Below are positions 19,486-32,757 of a stretch of 64,000 bases of DNA, piece after piece. The position numbers were made by a program, and so were the translations under genes. The notes below the pieces were generated by a model. It saw only the letters and a program-made list of their open reading frames with translations, searched no databases and had not been told where the DNA came from. Source of the DNA: an uncultured Gemmatimonadales bacterium (GTDB lineage: Bacteria; Gemmatimonadota; Gemmatimonadetes; Longimicrobiales; RSA9); NCBI GenBank assembly GCA_963816355.1, contig CAWFKH010000003.1, forward strand, positions 576,001 through 640,000. Reading direction: 5' to 3'. Position 1 is the stretch's first letter; each line of letters begins with the position of its first letter.

Positions 19486-20751
19486 GTGGCGGTGCCGGAC
19501 GCGTTCGCCTACCGCGACGGCCGCCTCTTCTGCGACGATGTCGACCTCCACTCCGTCGTCGCCGAGCACGGGACCCCGCTCTACGTCTACAGCGCGCGTG
19601 CGCTGCTCGAGCGCTACGACGGCTTCCACGCCGCGTTCGCACCGCTCGATCGGCTCGTCGCCTATTCCGTCAAGGCGAACGCCAACCTCTCCATCCTGCG
19701 CCTGCTCGCGCGGCGCGGCGCGGGCGCCGACATCGTCAGCGGCGGCGAGCTGCACCGCGCGCTGCGGGCCGGCGTTCCGGCGGACCGCATCGTCTTCAGC
19801 GGCGTCGGCAAGACGGTGCGCGAGATGGCGGCGGCGCTGCGCGCGGGGATCTACGGCTTCAACGTGGAGAGCGAGGGCGAGCTGCGCGCCCTCTCCGATC
19901 TGGCGGTGGCGATGTCGACGGAGGCGCCGGTCGCGCTGCGGATCAACCCGGACATCGAGAGCCCGACGCCGCACCGGTACACGCGCACCGGCCACCGCGC
20001 GACGAAGTTCGGCATCCCGGCCGAGCAGGGAGCGGCGCTCTATCGCCTGGCTCGCGGCCTGCCGGGCGTGCGCCCGCGCGGCATCGACGTCCACATCGGC
20101 AGCCAGATCCTGGACCCGGAGCCCTACCGGGCGGCGCTGCTCGAGGTCCTGGCGATGGTCGACGGCCTGCGCGAGGAGGGGATCGTGCTCGAGTACCTCG
20201 ACCTGGGCGGCGGCTTCGGCATCGCGTACGGCCCCGAGGCCGCGGTGTCCGCCGCCGACTTCGCCGGGCGCGTCGTTCCGCACCTCGCCGCCGCCGGCCT
20301 GCGGCTGGTGCTCGAACCCGGCCGCTTCATCGTCGGCCCCGCCGGCGTGCTCCTCGCCCGCGTCCTCTACGTCAAGGAGATGGGACCGAAGACCTTCGTC
20401 GTCACCGACGCGGGCATGAACGACCTGCTGCGTCCGAGCCACTACGCGAGCTGGCACGACGTGCGGCCCGCCGAGCTGCGCGCGGGGCGGGACGACGTCG
20501 CCGTCGACGTCGTCGGCCCGATCTGCGAATCCGGCGACTTCCTCGCGCTCGACCGCGCGATCCCGCGCGTCGAGAGCGGCGAGCTGCTGGCGGTATTCAC
20601 GGTGGGCGCGTACGGTTTCTCGATGGCCTCCACCTACAACCAGCGGCCGCGCCCGGCGGAGGTGCTCGTGGAGGGGGAACGGGCACGCCTGATCCGGGCC
20701 CGCGAGGACTACGACGACCTGCTCGACGGCGAGGTCGAGCTCCTGGAGTAG
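19486..20751 (+). CDS. lysA: Diaminopimelate decarboxylase
   Basis: [14 protein letters not shown] (PLP Lys), [33 protein letters not shown]. Confidence 0.97.
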   Translation: MAVPDAFAYRDGRLFCDDVDLHSVVAEHGTPLYVYSARALLERYDGFHAAFAPLDRLVAYSVKANANLSILRLLARRGAGADIVSGGELHRALRAGVPADRIVFSGVGKTVREMAAALRAGIYGFNVESEGELRALSDLAVAMSTEAPVALRINPDIESPTPHRYTRTGHRATKFGIPAEQGAALYRLARGLPGVRPRGIDVHIGSQILDPEPYRAALLEVLAMVDGLREEGIVLEYLDLGGGFGIAYGPEAAVSAADFAGRVVPHLAAAGLRLVLEPGRFIVGPAGVLLARVLYVKEMGPKTFVVTDAGMNDLLRPSHYASWHDVRPAELRAGRDDVAVDVVGPICESGDFLALDRAIPRVESGELLAVFTVGAYGFSMASTYNQRPRPAEVLVEGERARLIRAREDYDDLLDGEVELLE

Positions 20752-20764
20752 CGAAACGGGGACC

Positions 20765-22303
20765 ATGCGCGATCGCATCCTGATTCTCGACTACGGCTCG
20801 CAGTTCACGCAGCTCATCGCGCGGCGCATCCGCGAGGAGCGCGTCTACTGCGAGATCCATCCGCCCACGGTGACACTCGACTGGATCGGTGAGTGGCGGC
20901 CGAAGGGGATCGTGCTTTCCGGCGGCCCGGCGTCCGTTTACGGCGACGACGTGCCGAGCGCCGACGCCCGTCTCCTGCGCCTCGGCGTGCCGGTCCTGGG
21001 CATCTGCTACGGCATGCAGCTCGTCGCCCACCTCGAGGGCGGCCACGTGGTCCACGGCAAGCGGGAATACGGCCGCGCCGAGATCGAAATCCTGACCGCG
21101 GACGACCTCTTCGACGGCTTCGAGGAGGGCGGCCGCGAGGGCGTCTGGATGAGCCACGGCGACCACGTCGTCGAGCCGCCGCCCGGCTACCGCGTCCTCG
21201 CCCGCACCGCCTCGCTGCCGGTCGCCGCGTTTCGCGCCGAGGACCGCCCGGTCTTCGGCGTCCAGTTCCACCCCGAGGTCGCGCACACGCCCCGCGGCGA
21301 CGAGATCCTCTCCAACTTCGTCTTCCGCATCTGCGGCTGCGAGCCGGACTGGACCGCCGGCTCCTTCATCGACGACGCCGTCGCCCGCATCCGCGAGCAG
21401 GTCGGCGACGCGCGCATCATCTGCGGCCTCTCCGGCGGCGTCGATTCCTCCGTCGCGGCCGCGCTCGTGTACCGCGCCGTGGGCGACGGGCTCACCTGCA
21501 TCTTCGTCGACCACGGCCTCCTGCGGCGCGGCGAGCGGGAGTCGGTCGAGCGCACGTTCCGCCGCCACCTCGGCGTTCCGCTCGTCGTGGTGGACGCCGC
21601 GGAGCGCTTCCTCGAGCGGCTCGACGGCGTCATCGACCCGGAGGAGAAGCGGCGGCGCATCGGCGCCACGTTCATCCGCGTCTTCGAGGAGGCGGCGCGG
21701 CAGGCGGGCCAGGCGGGGTTCCTGGTGCAGGGCACGCTCTACCCGGACGTGATCGAGTCGCTCTCGGTGCGCGGCCCGTCGGCGACGATCAAGACGCACC
21801 ACAATGTGGGCGGCCTTCCGCCGGACATGAAGTTCAGCCTGGTGGAGCCGCTGCGGGAGCTCTTCAAGGACGAGGTGCGGCGCGTGGGGCGCGAGCTGGG
21901 GCTGCCGGAGGAGATGGTCGGCCGCCATCCGTTCCCGGGCCCCGGCCTCGCGATCCGCATCCTCGGCGAGGTCACCGGGGAGCGTCTCGAGACCCTGCGC
22001 GCCGCCGACGCGATCTACCTCGAGGAGATCCGCGAGGCGGGGCTCTATGACGAGATCTGGCAGGCGTTCGCGGTGCTGCTGCCGGTCCGCAGCGTGGGCG
22101 TGATGGGCGACGCCCGCACCTACGACTGGACCGTCGCGCTCCGCGCCGTGACCAGCCGCGACGGCATGACCGCCGACTGGTTCCCCTTCCCGCACGACGT
22201 GCTCGCCCGCATCTCGTCGCGCATCATCAACGAGGTCGCGCGCGTAAATCGGGTGTGCTACGACGTGAGCTCGAAGCCGCCGTCGACGATCGAGTGGGAG
22301 TGA
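20765..22303 (+). CDS. guaA: GMP synthase (glutamine-hydrolysing)
   Basis: [48 protein letters not shown]. Confidence 0.99.
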   Translation: MRDRILILDYGSQFTQLIARRIREERVYCEIHPPTVTLDWIGEWRPKGIVLSGGPASVYGDDVPSADARLLRLGVPVLGICYGMQLVAHLEGGHVVHGKREYGRAEIEILTADDLFDGFEEGGREGVWMSHGDHVVEPPPGYRVLARTASLPVAAFRAEDRPVFGVQFHPEVAHTPRGDEILSNFVFRICGCEPDWTAGSFIDDAVARIREQVGDARIICGLSGGVDSSVAAALVYRAVGDGLTCIFVDHGLLRRGERESVERTFRRHLGVPLVVVDAAERFLERLDGVIDPEEKRRRIGATFIRVFEEAARQAGQAGFLVQGTLYPDVIESLSVRGPSATIKTHHNVGGLPPDMKFSLVEPLRELFKDEVRRVGRELGLPEEMVGRHPFPGPGLAIRILGEVTGERLETLRAADAIYLEEIREAGLYDEIWQAFAVLLPVRSVGVMGDARTYDWTVALRAVTSRDGMTADWFPFPHDVLARISSRIINEVARVNRVCYDVSSKPPSTIEWE

Positions 22304-22646
22304 GCGACGCGGCCGCGCTGTCTTCTCCCGGGCGCCCTTCCTCGAAGGCGTCCACCGCATCGCCGATCTCCTCCCACACGCCGCGCATGAACATGACGTC
22401 GTCGGCGTGCCGCCGGACGAAGTCGCGCAGCGCCTCGGGAGACGCGCCGTGCTCGCGCAGGATCGCCGCCTTGCGCCGCTCGAAGTCGGCGGGCGACGTC
22501 GCCGCGACGCGCGCCTCGCGCAGCGCGACGTACGTCTGCACGAACGCCTCGCGCGAGAGCCCGGCCGCGGCCGTCGCCGGCTGACCACGGCACGCGCCGA
22601 GCAGCAACACGGCCAGGACGACGACCGACGCAAGGAGCCTCTTCAT
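22227..22646 (-). CDS. Hypothetical lipoprotein (DUF4296-like, tentative)
   Basis: [19 protein letters not shown] lipobox, then helical [11 protein letters not shown]...[12 protein letters not shown]; its 3' end overlaps guaA. Confidence 0.65.
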   Translation of the reverse strand: MKRLLASVVVLAVLLLGACRGQPATAAAGLSREAFVQTYVALREARVAATSPADFERRKAAILREHGASPEALRDFVRRHADDVMFMRGVWEEIGDAVDAFEEGRPGEDSAAASLTPTRSSTAASSSRRSTPDLRARPR

Positions 22647-24627
22647 GGGCACGGACCGTAGTCGCGACGACGATCGAGTGTCAAGGGCGCAGGGGCGCGG
22701 CGCCGCGCCCCTCGCGCTCGACCTCCTGCTCTCCGTGCGCGCGATCGCGGCCGGGATCCGGCCCGCCGTGGTCGGCGTCGCCGCGGTGGCGGTCGGAGGC
22801 GGCGCGGTCGCGGCGGTGCTGATGCGGCTCGGCGTCGCCGGCGCGACGCCCGGGCTGCGGCTTCCGGCTCCGGCCGCGCCCGGCTGGGACCTGCCCCACT
22901 GGCCGGGAGCGCGCGCGCCGGCGGCGCTCCAGAGCGCCGGCATGGCGCCCCTGCTGCACCTCCTGCTCGGCCTCTCCGTGCTGCTGCTCGCGCTCTCCTG
23001 CGTCACCGTCGTCTTCCTCGCCGCGGGCGAGCGTCGCGCCCGCGCCGGGGAGCGCGCGGTGCACGCCGCCGTGGGCGCGCCGCATCGCCGGCTGCGCCGC
23101 CAGCTCGCCCTCGAGGGGTTCCTCCTCGCCGCCGCGGGCTCCGCGATCGGCGTCCTCCTCGCCTTCACCGGCGCGCATCTGCTCGAGGCGCGCTGGCCGG
23201 GCACGGCCGCTCCGCTCGACGCTCTCGCGACGCCGCTCGTCTTCGGCGGCATCGCCGCCGCGGTCGTCCTCGCCTTTCTCGCCGGCGCGACCCTCGGCGG
23301 CCGCCCGGCCCGCGCGCTCGCGGAGAGGGAGGGCGCGGGCTCGGCGGCGTCGGCCTACGGCCGGCGGCTCGTCGCGCTGCAGCTCGCCGGCTCCGTCGCC
23401 GTGCTCTCCGGCGCCGGCCTGCTCCTGCGCTCGCCGGCCGCCCACGCCGGCGTGACGTCGGCGGCCGCCTCCGGCGCGACTCCGGAGGAGGGGGAGGGGC
23501 GAGGAGGCGCGTCGACCACGATCGTGCCGATCACGGTTGCGGGTGCCCCCGCGGCGCGCATCGAGGCGTTGGCGTCGCTGCTGCGATCGGCCGCGGCGAT
23601 CCCGGGCGCGAGCGCCGCGAGCGTGGCGAGTCGCGGCGCGTGGAATGGTGTGGGGATGGAGGACAACGTCCACGCGGAGTGCCGCCCCGCCTGCTTCAAG
23701 GGCGGCATGTGGGCGCCGATCGTGACGGAGCGCGTGCGCGAGCACGCGATCGGTCCGCGCTTCTTCGACACGCTCGGGATCCACTTGCTGCAGGGCCGCG
23801 CCTTCTCGGACGCCGACGTGGCCGGCGCTCCGCGCGTGGCGGTGGTCGACCGCGCCTACGTCGTCTACGTCATCCAGAACCGGCCGGTGATCGGGTTGCG
23901 TGTTCAGGTGGGCGGTCCCGTCGGCGCGTGGTACACGATCGTCGGCGTCGTCGAGTCCGTCGCCGGCGTCGGACCGGGCGCCGCCTCGAAGACGACGCCG
24001 ACGCTCTACCTCTCCGCGCTGCAGCACCCGCCGGCGGCGGCCGATCTGCTCGTGCGCGGGCGGGGTGGCCCACCGCTGCCCGCGGACGTGCGGGCCGCCG
24101 TGCAGGGCCCCGCGTCCGCCGGCCGCACCCGCGCGGCGACCGAGGCCGCCCCCGCGGTCGGCCGCGCTGCGGGCGCGAGCGCGGTCGGCGACCCCGCCAC
24201 GCTCGCGGCGGCGCGCCGCGCGGCCGCCGCTCCGATCGTGTGGTTCGGCGGCGTCGCGCTCTGGCTCGGCGCGCTCACCGCGGCGATCGCCGTGATCGGC
24301 GTCTACGCCGCGATGTCGCTCGAGGTGGGCCGCCGGCGCGCCGAGATCGGGTTGCACCGCGCGGTGGGTGGCACGCGCGCCCGCATCGTCCGCATGGTGC
24401 TCGGCGAGACGGCGGCCGTCGCGCTCTCCGGCGTCGGCCTCGGCGCGTTCGGCGCCTTCGCCCTGGCCCGCTTCGCCGCCGAGCGCCTCGCGGGCGTGCC
24501 CTCCTTCGATCCGCTCGCCGTGGCCGCCGCCGCCGCCCTCCTCGGCGCCGTCGCGATCGCTGCGGCGTGGCGCCCCGCGCGCGCGGCGTCGCGCGTCCCC
24601 CCGGCCGAGGCGCTCGGCGCGGAGTAG
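22645..24627 (+). CDS. MacB/FtsX-family ABC permease with duplicated FtsX domains; start uncertain
   Basis: Two R..E..(H/R).A.GA/GG motifs, periplasmic FF.TLGI.LL.GR.F...D....RVAVV and IVGVV, C-terminal PARAASRV.P.EAL. Confidence 0.75.
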   Translation: MGTDRSRDDDRVSRAQGRGAAPLALDLLLSVRAIAAGIRPAVVGVAAVAVGGGAVAAVLMRLGVAGATPGLRLPAPAAPGWDLPHWPGARAPAALQSAGMAPLLHLLLGLSVLLLALSCVTVVFLAAGERRARAGERAVHAAVGAPHRRLRRQLALEGFLLAAAGSAIGVLLAFTGAHLLEARWPGTAAPLDALATPLVFGGIAAAVVLAFLAGATLGGRPARALAEREGAGSAASAYGRRLVALQLAGSVAVLSGAGLLLRSPAAHAGVTSAAASGATPEEGEGRGGASTTIVPITVAGAPAARIEALASLLRSAAAIPGASAASVASRGAWNGVGMEDNVHAECRPACFKGGMWAPIVTERVREHAIGPRFFDTLGIHLLQGRAFSDADVAGAPRVAVVDRAYVVYVIQNRPVIGLRVQVGGPVGAWYTIVGVVESVAGVGPGAASKTTPTLYLSALQHPPAAADLLVRGRGGPPLPADVRAAVQGPASAGRTRAATEAAPAVGRAAGASAVGDPATLAAARRAAAAPIVWFGGVALWLGALTAAIAVIGVYAAMSLEVGRRRAEIGLHRAVGGTRARIVRMVLGETAAVALSGVGLGAFGAFALARFAAERLAGVPSFDPLAVAAAAALLGAVAIAAAWRPARAASRVPPAEALGAE

Positions 24628-24804
24628 CCGCCTGCCGCCGACTGCTGCCCGGCGGCGACCGCGTGCTCAAGCGCTGCTGCCGCGCTTCGCGCACGGCTCG
24701 GCGGCCATCCGCCTTCGCGCGGCCGCACGCGACGCCCCTGGCGAAGCGCCGTCGCCCGCGCCACTTTCGGGCCTCGATCAAACGACTCTCGACAACGCCT
24801 TGCC

Positions 24805-27504
24805 ATGAACGACGTGCGTCTTCGTCCTTCTCGCGCCGCGCTCGCGCTCGCGCTGCTGCTGCACCCGCTCGCCGCGCTCGCGCAGCGGCCGCCGGCCGCG
24901 CCGCCCTCGCCCGCCGACGTGCTCGGCTACGGCTTCGGCGAGCGCTTCACGCCGCACGCCGACGTGCTGCGCTACATGCGGGCGCTGGCGGACGCGGCGC
25001 CGGAGCGCGTACACGTGGAGCGCTACGGCGCGACCGTGGAGGGCCGGCCGCTCGTGCAGGTGGTGATCGCGAGCGCGGCGAACATGGCCCACCTGGATGA
25101 GATCCTGGAGCGCCATCGCCGCCTCACGGATCCGGCGCTGCCCGAGGCGGAGGCCGCGCGCATCGCGGCGGAAGTGCCCGCCGTCGTCTACCTCAGCTAC
25201 GGCGTGCACGGCAACGAGAGCTCGTCGAGCGAGGCGTCGATGTGGACGGCGTGGGACGTGGTGCGCGGCGCGGAGGCGGTGCGCGGCGTGCTCGACTCGA
25301 CGATCGTCGTGATCGACCCGGCCGTGAACCCGGACGGCCGCGACCGCTACGTGACGTGGTACCGTCAGGCGCGGGGCCGGGAGCCGAACCCGGATCCGGC
25401 GTCGCGCGAGCACCACGAGCCGTGGCCGGGCGGCCGCTTCGACCATTACCTCTTCGACATGAACCGGGACTGGGCGTGGATGACGCAGGCGCCCACGCGC
25501 GCACGCCTCGCCACGTGGGACCGCTGGTCGCCGCAGGTGCACGTCGACTTCCACGAAATGTCGCCCACCTCGAGCTACTTCTTCTTTCCGGCGACGGAGC
25601 CGATCAACCCGATCTACCCGCAGTCGACGCTCGACTGGTCCGACTACTTCGGCCGCGCCAACGCCGCCGCCTTCGACGCGCACGGCTGGACGTACTTCAC
25701 GCACGGCACCTACGACTTCTTCTACCCCGGCTACGGCGACAGCTGGCCCGGCCTGACCGGCGCGATCGGCATGACCTACGAGCAGGCGGGCGGCGGCTCC
25801 GCCGGCCTCGCCTACGCCCGCCCCGACGGCGACACGCTCACGCTCGCCGACCGCGCCATGCACCACCGCGTGGCCGGCGACGCCACCCTCCGCGCCGCCG
25901 CCGCGCGCAAGACCGCGCTGCTCACCGACTACGCCCGCTTCCACCGCACCGTCGCGGACGGCCTCTCCGACTTCCTCCTCGTGCCCGGCGCCGACCCCGC
26001 CCGCGTCGACGCGCTCGTCGCGCTGCTGCAGGACGAGGGGATCCGCGTCGAGAACGCGGGTCGCGCGTTCCGCGCCGACGCCGCACCCTCCGCCGGGGCG
26101 CCACGCCGTCGCGATTTCCCCGCCGGCACCTTCCTCGTGCGCGCGCGCCAGCCACGCGGCCGGCTCGCCGTCACGCTGCTGCAGCCCGAGACCGTGCTCA
26201 AGGCGACCTTCTCCTACGACATCAGCGCCTGGTCGCTGCCTTACGCCTACGGCGTGCAGGCGTACGCCGTCGACCGCGCGCCCGACGCCGGCTGGAGCCC
26301 CGCCGCGCGCCGTGCCCGCATCTTCGACGACTCCGCGCTCGCCTCACCCGCTGCGACTCCGGTGTCCGGCGCCGGCGCCGCTGCTACCGGCGCCGCTGCT
26401 ACCGGCGCCGCTGCCGCGCCGTCCTCCGCCGTCGGCAACGCGCGGCCCGGCGCCGCGCCGTACGGGTACCTGGTGCCGCCCGGCTTCTCGAGCTGGCCGG
26501 GCGTGATCCGCTTCCTGCACGACGGCGGCCGCGCCAGCGTCCTGGACGAGCCCTTCACGCTGGCGGGGCGCGCGTGGCCGCGGGGCACCCTCTTCTTGCG
26601 CCCTGCGGCCGCGGGCGCGGCGGGTCAAGGTCCGGAGGCGGCGACCCGACCGCCGCGCCGCTCGCTCGAGGCGCTCGTGCGCGCGGCCGGCCTTGCCGCG
26701 CGCGCCAAGCCGGTCTCGACCGGCCTCACGCCCACCGGCAACGACCTCGGCACCGAGGACGCCTATCCGCTCCGCCTGCCGCGCGTCGGCGTGCTCGCCG
26801 GCGAGGGCGTGAACGCGACGTCGTACGGAGCGCACTGGTTCTTTCTCGAGCACTACCTGCGGCTGCCCTTCGATGCGCTCCTCACGGACCAGATCGGGCG
26901 TCTCGACCTGGACGACTACGACGTGATCGTCCTGCCCGATGCGCGCCCGGCCAGCGCCACCATCGACGCGCTCAAGGCGTGGGTGGAGAAGGGAGGCACA
27001 CTCGTCGCCGTCGGCGCCGGCGCGCGCGCCGTCGCCGAGCCGGTCGCGGGCGTCAAGGTGCGCGCCGCGCGCCCGGACTCCGCCGCCGCCGACTCCCTCG
27101 AGCGCGCGCTTCGCGGCCGCGCGCAGCGCGAGCTCGACCGCTGGGAGCAGGACGTTCCCGGCACCATCCTCGACGTCACCCTCGACCCCGCCAACCCGCT
27201 CGCCTTCGGCGCCGGCATCGACGGCGACACGACGCGCATGTTCGTGCTCCACAGCTCCGACTGGGACTTCGAGCCGAACACCGCCGTCGAGACCGCCGCC
27301 TACTTCCCCCCGAACCTCGACAAGGTCAGCGGCGTGATCAGTCAGGAGAACCTCGACCGCCTGGCCCGCGGCGCCTGGCTCCTCACCCGCCGAGTCAAGC
27401 AGGGAAGGGTGATCCTCTTCGCCGACGACCCCCTCTTCCGCTCCTTCTGGTTCTCCGGCTTCCAGCCCTACGCCAACGCGCTCCTCGTCGGGCCGCGTAT
27501 GTGA
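24805..27504 (+). CDS. Secreted M14-family zinc carboxypeptidase with C-terminal GATase-like domain
   Basis: Signal peptide; HGNE, NPDG, D.NRD, DFHEM, TYEQ motifs. Confidence 0.88.
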   Translation: MNDVRLRPSRAALALALLLHPLAALAQRPPAAPPSPADVLGYGFGERFTPHADVLRYMRALADAAPERVHVERYGATVEGRPLVQVVIASAANMAHLDEILERHRRLTDPALPEAEAARIAAEVPAVVYLSYGVHGNESSSSEASMWTAWDVVRGAEAVRGVLDSTIVVIDPAVNPDGRDRYVTWYRQARGREPNPDPASREHHEPWPGGRFDHYLFDMNRDWAWMTQAPTRARLATWDRWSPQVHVDFHEMSPTSSYFFFPATEPINPIYPQSTLDWSDYFGRANAAAFDAHGWTYFTHGTYDFFYPGYGDSWPGLTGAIGMTYEQAGGGSAGLAYARPDGDTLTLADRAMHHRVAGDATLRAAAARKTALLTDYARFHRTVADGLSDFLLVPGADPARVDALVALLQDEGIRVENAGRAFRADAAPSAGAPRRRDFPAGTFLVRARQPRGRLAVTLLQPETVLKATFSYDISAWSLPYAYGVQAYAVDRAPDAGWSPAARRARIFDDSALASPAATPVSGAGAAATGAAATGAAAAPSSAVGNARPGAAPYGYLVPPGFSSWPGVIRFLHDGGRASVLDEPFTLAGRAWPRGTLFLRPAAAGAAGQGPEAATRPPRRSLEALVRAAGLAARAKPVSTGLTPTGNDLGTEDAYPLRLPRVGVLAGEGVNATSYGAHWFFLEHYLRLPFDALLTDQIGRLDLDDYDVIVLPDARPASATIDALKAWVEKGGTLVAVGAGARAVAEPVAGVKVRAARPDSAAADSLERALRGRAQRELDRWEQDVPGTILDVTLDPANPLAFGAGIDGDTTRMFVLHSSDWDFEPNTAVETAAYFPPNLDKVSGVISQENLDRLARGAWLLTRRVKQGRVILFADDPLFRSFWFSGFQPYANALLVGPRM
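26372..26414. repeat. 15-bp coding tandem repeat (CCGGCGCCGCTGCTA x~2.9; GAAAT linker)
   Basis: Two exact copies plus a 13-nt partial copy. Confidence 0.85.
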
Positions 27505-27663
27505 GGGCAGGGCCGGCGGCGCAGGCTGCCCGCCGGCAGATGAGCGGCGTCACCCCGGGAGCACGCCGGGGTCCAGCACGTCGAAGACCGCGCGCACCTC
27601 CGCATGACAGTCGAAGAGCCGTCGCGTCCCGCGGCGATCCCCTGCCAGCATGGCAGCCCGGGC

Positions 27664-27678
27664 AGGCACACGCCTTGC
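27664..27678 (+). promoter_or_regulatory. Putative sigma54 (-24/-12) promoter of clpB
   Basis: AGGCAC-ACGCC-TTGC versus consensus TGGCAC-N5-TTGC, with exact GG/GC spacing. Confidence 0.5.
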
Positions 27679-27720
27679 CCCTCGACACGACGCGACATTC
27701 CTTCACATGACGAGGCATAA

Positions 27721-30336
<2,616 letters not shown>

Positions 30337-30358
30337 CGCCGCGGGCGCCGCGCCTCGC

Positions 30359-30387
30359 TTGACACGGCCCGCGGCGCCGGCGACAAT
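30359..30387 (+). promoter_or_regulatory. Putative sigma70 promoter of the 30439 lipoprotein gene
   Basis: TTGACA, 17 nt spacer, GACAAT. Confidence 0.6.
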
Positions 30388-30438
30388 GGAGGCCGCGACC
30401 TCACGGTCGCGGCCTTCTCTCCCGCCGTCGACGATCCG

Positions 30439-30882
30439 ATGCCGAGACGATTCGCGCCGCTGCTCCTCGCGCTGCTGCTGGGCGCCTGCGCCTCTTCACC
30501 GCCGCGCCCGCTGGCGAGCGGCTCCGGTGCGCCGCGCGTCGAGCCGTCGCTCGCGCTCGAGCGCTTCCTGCGCGCCGTCAACGCGCGCGACCTGCAGACA
30601 ATGGCGCAGCTCTTCGGCACCGAGGACGGCTCGATCACGCGCCAGGAGCCGGCTCCGGACGTCGAGCGGCGCATGTTCGCCCTGGCGCGCCTGCTCCGGC
30701 ACTCCGACTACCACGTGAAGGGGCAGCAGATCGTGCCGGGCCGCCTGGGCGGCGCCGTGCAGCTGCTGGTCGAGCTGGACCTCGCCGACCGCCCCGTGAC
30801 GGTGCCGTTCACGCTCGTCCGCACCGGCGCCGGAGACTGGCTCGTCGAGGAGATCGACATCGACCCGATCCTCTCGCACTGA
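30439..30882 (+). CDS. Hypothetical lipoprotein (possibly NTF2-like fold)
   Basis: Lipobox LLLGAC; ERFL.AV...D...M..L and C-terminal F.LV.....W.V..I pattern. Confidence 0.75.
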   Translation: MPRRFAPLLLALLLGACASSPPRPLASGSGAPRVEPSLALERFLRAVNARDLQTMAQLFGTEDGSITRQEPAPDVERRMFALARLLRHSDYHVKGQQIVPGRLGGAVQLLVELDLADRPVTVPFTLVRTGAGDWLVEEIDIDPILSH

Positions 30883-30886
30883 GGAG

Positions 30887-31315
30887 CTACGCCGCGCCGA
30901 CCTCGACGAGCTCGGTGAGCACGCCGCCGCTCGAGCGCGGGTGCAGGAAGGCGACGCGGTGGCCGCCCGCGCCGGGGCGCGGCTCGCGGTCGATCGGTTC
31001 GACGCCCGCCGCTTGCAGCCGGCGCAGCGCAGCGGCGACGTCGGCCACGCGATAGGCGATGTGGTGCAGTCCCGGCCCGCGGCGCTCGAGGAAGCGGCCG
31101 ATCGGCGAGTCGCGGCGCAGCGGCTCCAGGAGCTCGAGGCGGCCGGGGCCGTCTCCGACGAAGACGACGCGCACGCCCTGCGACTCGATCGTCTCCGGCG
31201 CGGAACCAATGGCGCCGCTGAGGAGTTCGAATCTGGGGAGCGCTTCGTCGATGGAAGCGACCGCGATCCCAATGTGGTCGAGTGGGAGTGGGGAAGGGGG
31301 CGGGTTGGATTCCAT
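30887..31315 (-). CDS. mce: Methylmalonyl-CoA epimerase (VOC family)
   Basis: DHIGIAV, LELLEP, FLERRGPGLHHIAY.V, AFLHP...GGVL.ELVE. Confidence 0.92.
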   Translation of the reverse strand: MESNPPPSPLPLDHIGIAVASIDEALPRFELLSGAIGSAPETIESQGVRVVFVGDGPGRLELLEPLRRDSPIGRFLERRGPGLHHIAYRVADVAAALRRLQAAGVEPIDREPRPGAGGHRVAFLHPRSSGGVLTELVEVGAA

Positions 31316-31449
31316 GCGGAAGCGTCGCGGTCGGCCGGGTTCTTGCAAACTTGAGCCGGGCAGACGAACTTCCCGGATCGACCCGAAAAGCTAACACGCC
31401 CGAGGGTCCCGGGCCACGACCTGACGGCCGAGCCGAGGTGGGGTACGAG

Positions 31450-31785
31450 ATGGCCGAGAACGGCAAGACGATACAGGTGACGGACGGCGATTTCGCCGAA
31501 AAGGTGGAGAAGGCGGAGGGCCTCGCCCTCGTGGACTTCTGGGCCGAGTGGTGCGGCCCCTGCAAGATGGTGGCGCCCATCGTCGAGCAGCTCGCCGGCG
31601 AGTACGAGGGCAAGCTGACCGTCGCCAAGCTGGATGTGGACGAGAACCAGCGCACCGCGATGCGCTTCAACGTGCGCTCGATCCCGAGCATCCTCTTCTT
31701 CAAGGATGGCCGCCTGGTCGACACCGTGGTGGGCGCCGTGCCGAAGCCGCACCTGGAGCGCAAGATCCAGGAGCACCTGAGCTAG
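31450..31785 (+). CDS. trxA: Thioredoxin
   Basis: VDFWAEWCGPCK, F.VRSIP. Confidence 0.97.
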   Translation: MAENGKTIQVTDGDFAEKVEKAEGLALVDFWAEWCGPCKMVAPIVEQLAGEYEGKLTVAKLDVDENQRTAMRFNVRSIPSILFFKDGRLVDTVVGAVPKPHLERKIQEHLS

Positions 31786-31908
31786 CACCGGACGCGCGCG
31801 GCGCGGGCGCGGGCTGCGCCTTCCGCGGCCCGCGCCCGCGCGGTCGCGCCGCGCCGCCGCAGCCGGCGTCGCCTCCTCGCCCCGTAGCACTCCCTTCGCC
31901 CTGCACGG

Positions 31909-32757
31909 ATGGGCACGCTCTACATCGTCAGCACGCCGATCGGCCATCTCGCCGACGTCACCTACCGCGCCGTCGACACGCTGCGCGCCGCCGACCACAT
32001 CCTCGCCGAGGACACGCGCCACACGCGCCGCCTGCTCGCCCGCTACGACGTCGAAACAGCGCTCGTCTCGCTGCACGAGCACAACGAGGCCGCCCGCATC
32101 GAGCGCGTGCTCGCCTGGCTCGACGCGGGCGAGAGCCTCGCGCTCGTGAGCGACGCCGGCACGCCGCTGCTCTCCGATCCCGGCGCCCGCGTCGTGGCCG
32201 CCGCCCTGGAGGCGGGCCACACCGTGGCGCCGGTGCCGGGGCCGTCCGCGCTGCTCGCCGCGCTCGCGGCGGCGGGTCTGGCGACGGAGCCGTTCACCTT
32301 CTTCGGCTTCCTGCCGCGCTCCGGCCGCGAGCGCGGCGAGCGTCTCGAGGAGATCGGCCGCACGGCTCACACCGTCGTGCTCTACGAGGCGCCGACCCGG
32401 CTGGCGCGGCTGCTCGCCGACCTCGCCGGCGCGTGCGGCGGCGAGCGCAGCGCGGTGGTGGCGCGGGAGATGACGAAGGTGCACGAGGAGTTCCGCCGCG
32501 GAACCCTCGTGGCTCTTGTCGCCTATTACGAGGAGCGGGAGGCGCGCGGGGAAATCGTGGTGGTGCTGGGACCGTCGCCGGCTCGGGCCGCGGAGGAGTC
32601 CGCGGCCGTCGAGGCGGCGGCGCGCGTTCTGGCCCGGGACCTGCTCCGCGACGGCGCGAGGCCGAGCGCCGTCGCTCGGGAGTTGGTGCGTCGCTTCTCG
32701 CTGCCACGCAACCTCTCGTATCGGATCGCTCAGGAGACCGCGGAGAAAGCCGGATGA
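31909..32757 (+). CDS. rsmI: 16S rRNA (C1402-2'-O)-methyltransferase
   Basis: LYIVSTPIG.L.D, AEDTR, VSDAGTP.LSDPG, FFGFLP, YEAP.R, RE.TK.HEE. Confidence 0.96.
   Translation: MGTLYIVSTPIGHLADVTYRAVDTLRAADHILAEDTRHTRRLLARYDVETALVSLHEHNEAARIERVLAWLDAGESLALVSDAGTPLLSDPGARVVAAALEAGHTVAPVPGPSALLAALAAAGLATEPFTFFGFLPRSGRERGERLEEIGRTAHTVVLYEAPTRLARLLADLAGACGGERSAVVAREMTKVHEEFRRGTLVALVAYYEEREARGEIVVVLGPSPARAAEESAAVEAAARVLARDLLRDGARPSAVARELVRRFSLPRNLSYRIAQETAEKAG

Noticed and set aside
18067..20751. 894-aa ORF suggesting a long N-terminal extension on LysA
   Set aside because: The first ~470 aa are an Arg/Gly-rich off-frame read of proS; lysA starts at GTG 19486
31885..31908. TAGCACTC CIRCE-like half-site before rsmI (also TGAGCACTC at ~59219)
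   Set aside because: The second arm GAGTGCTAA at N9 spacing is absent at both sites
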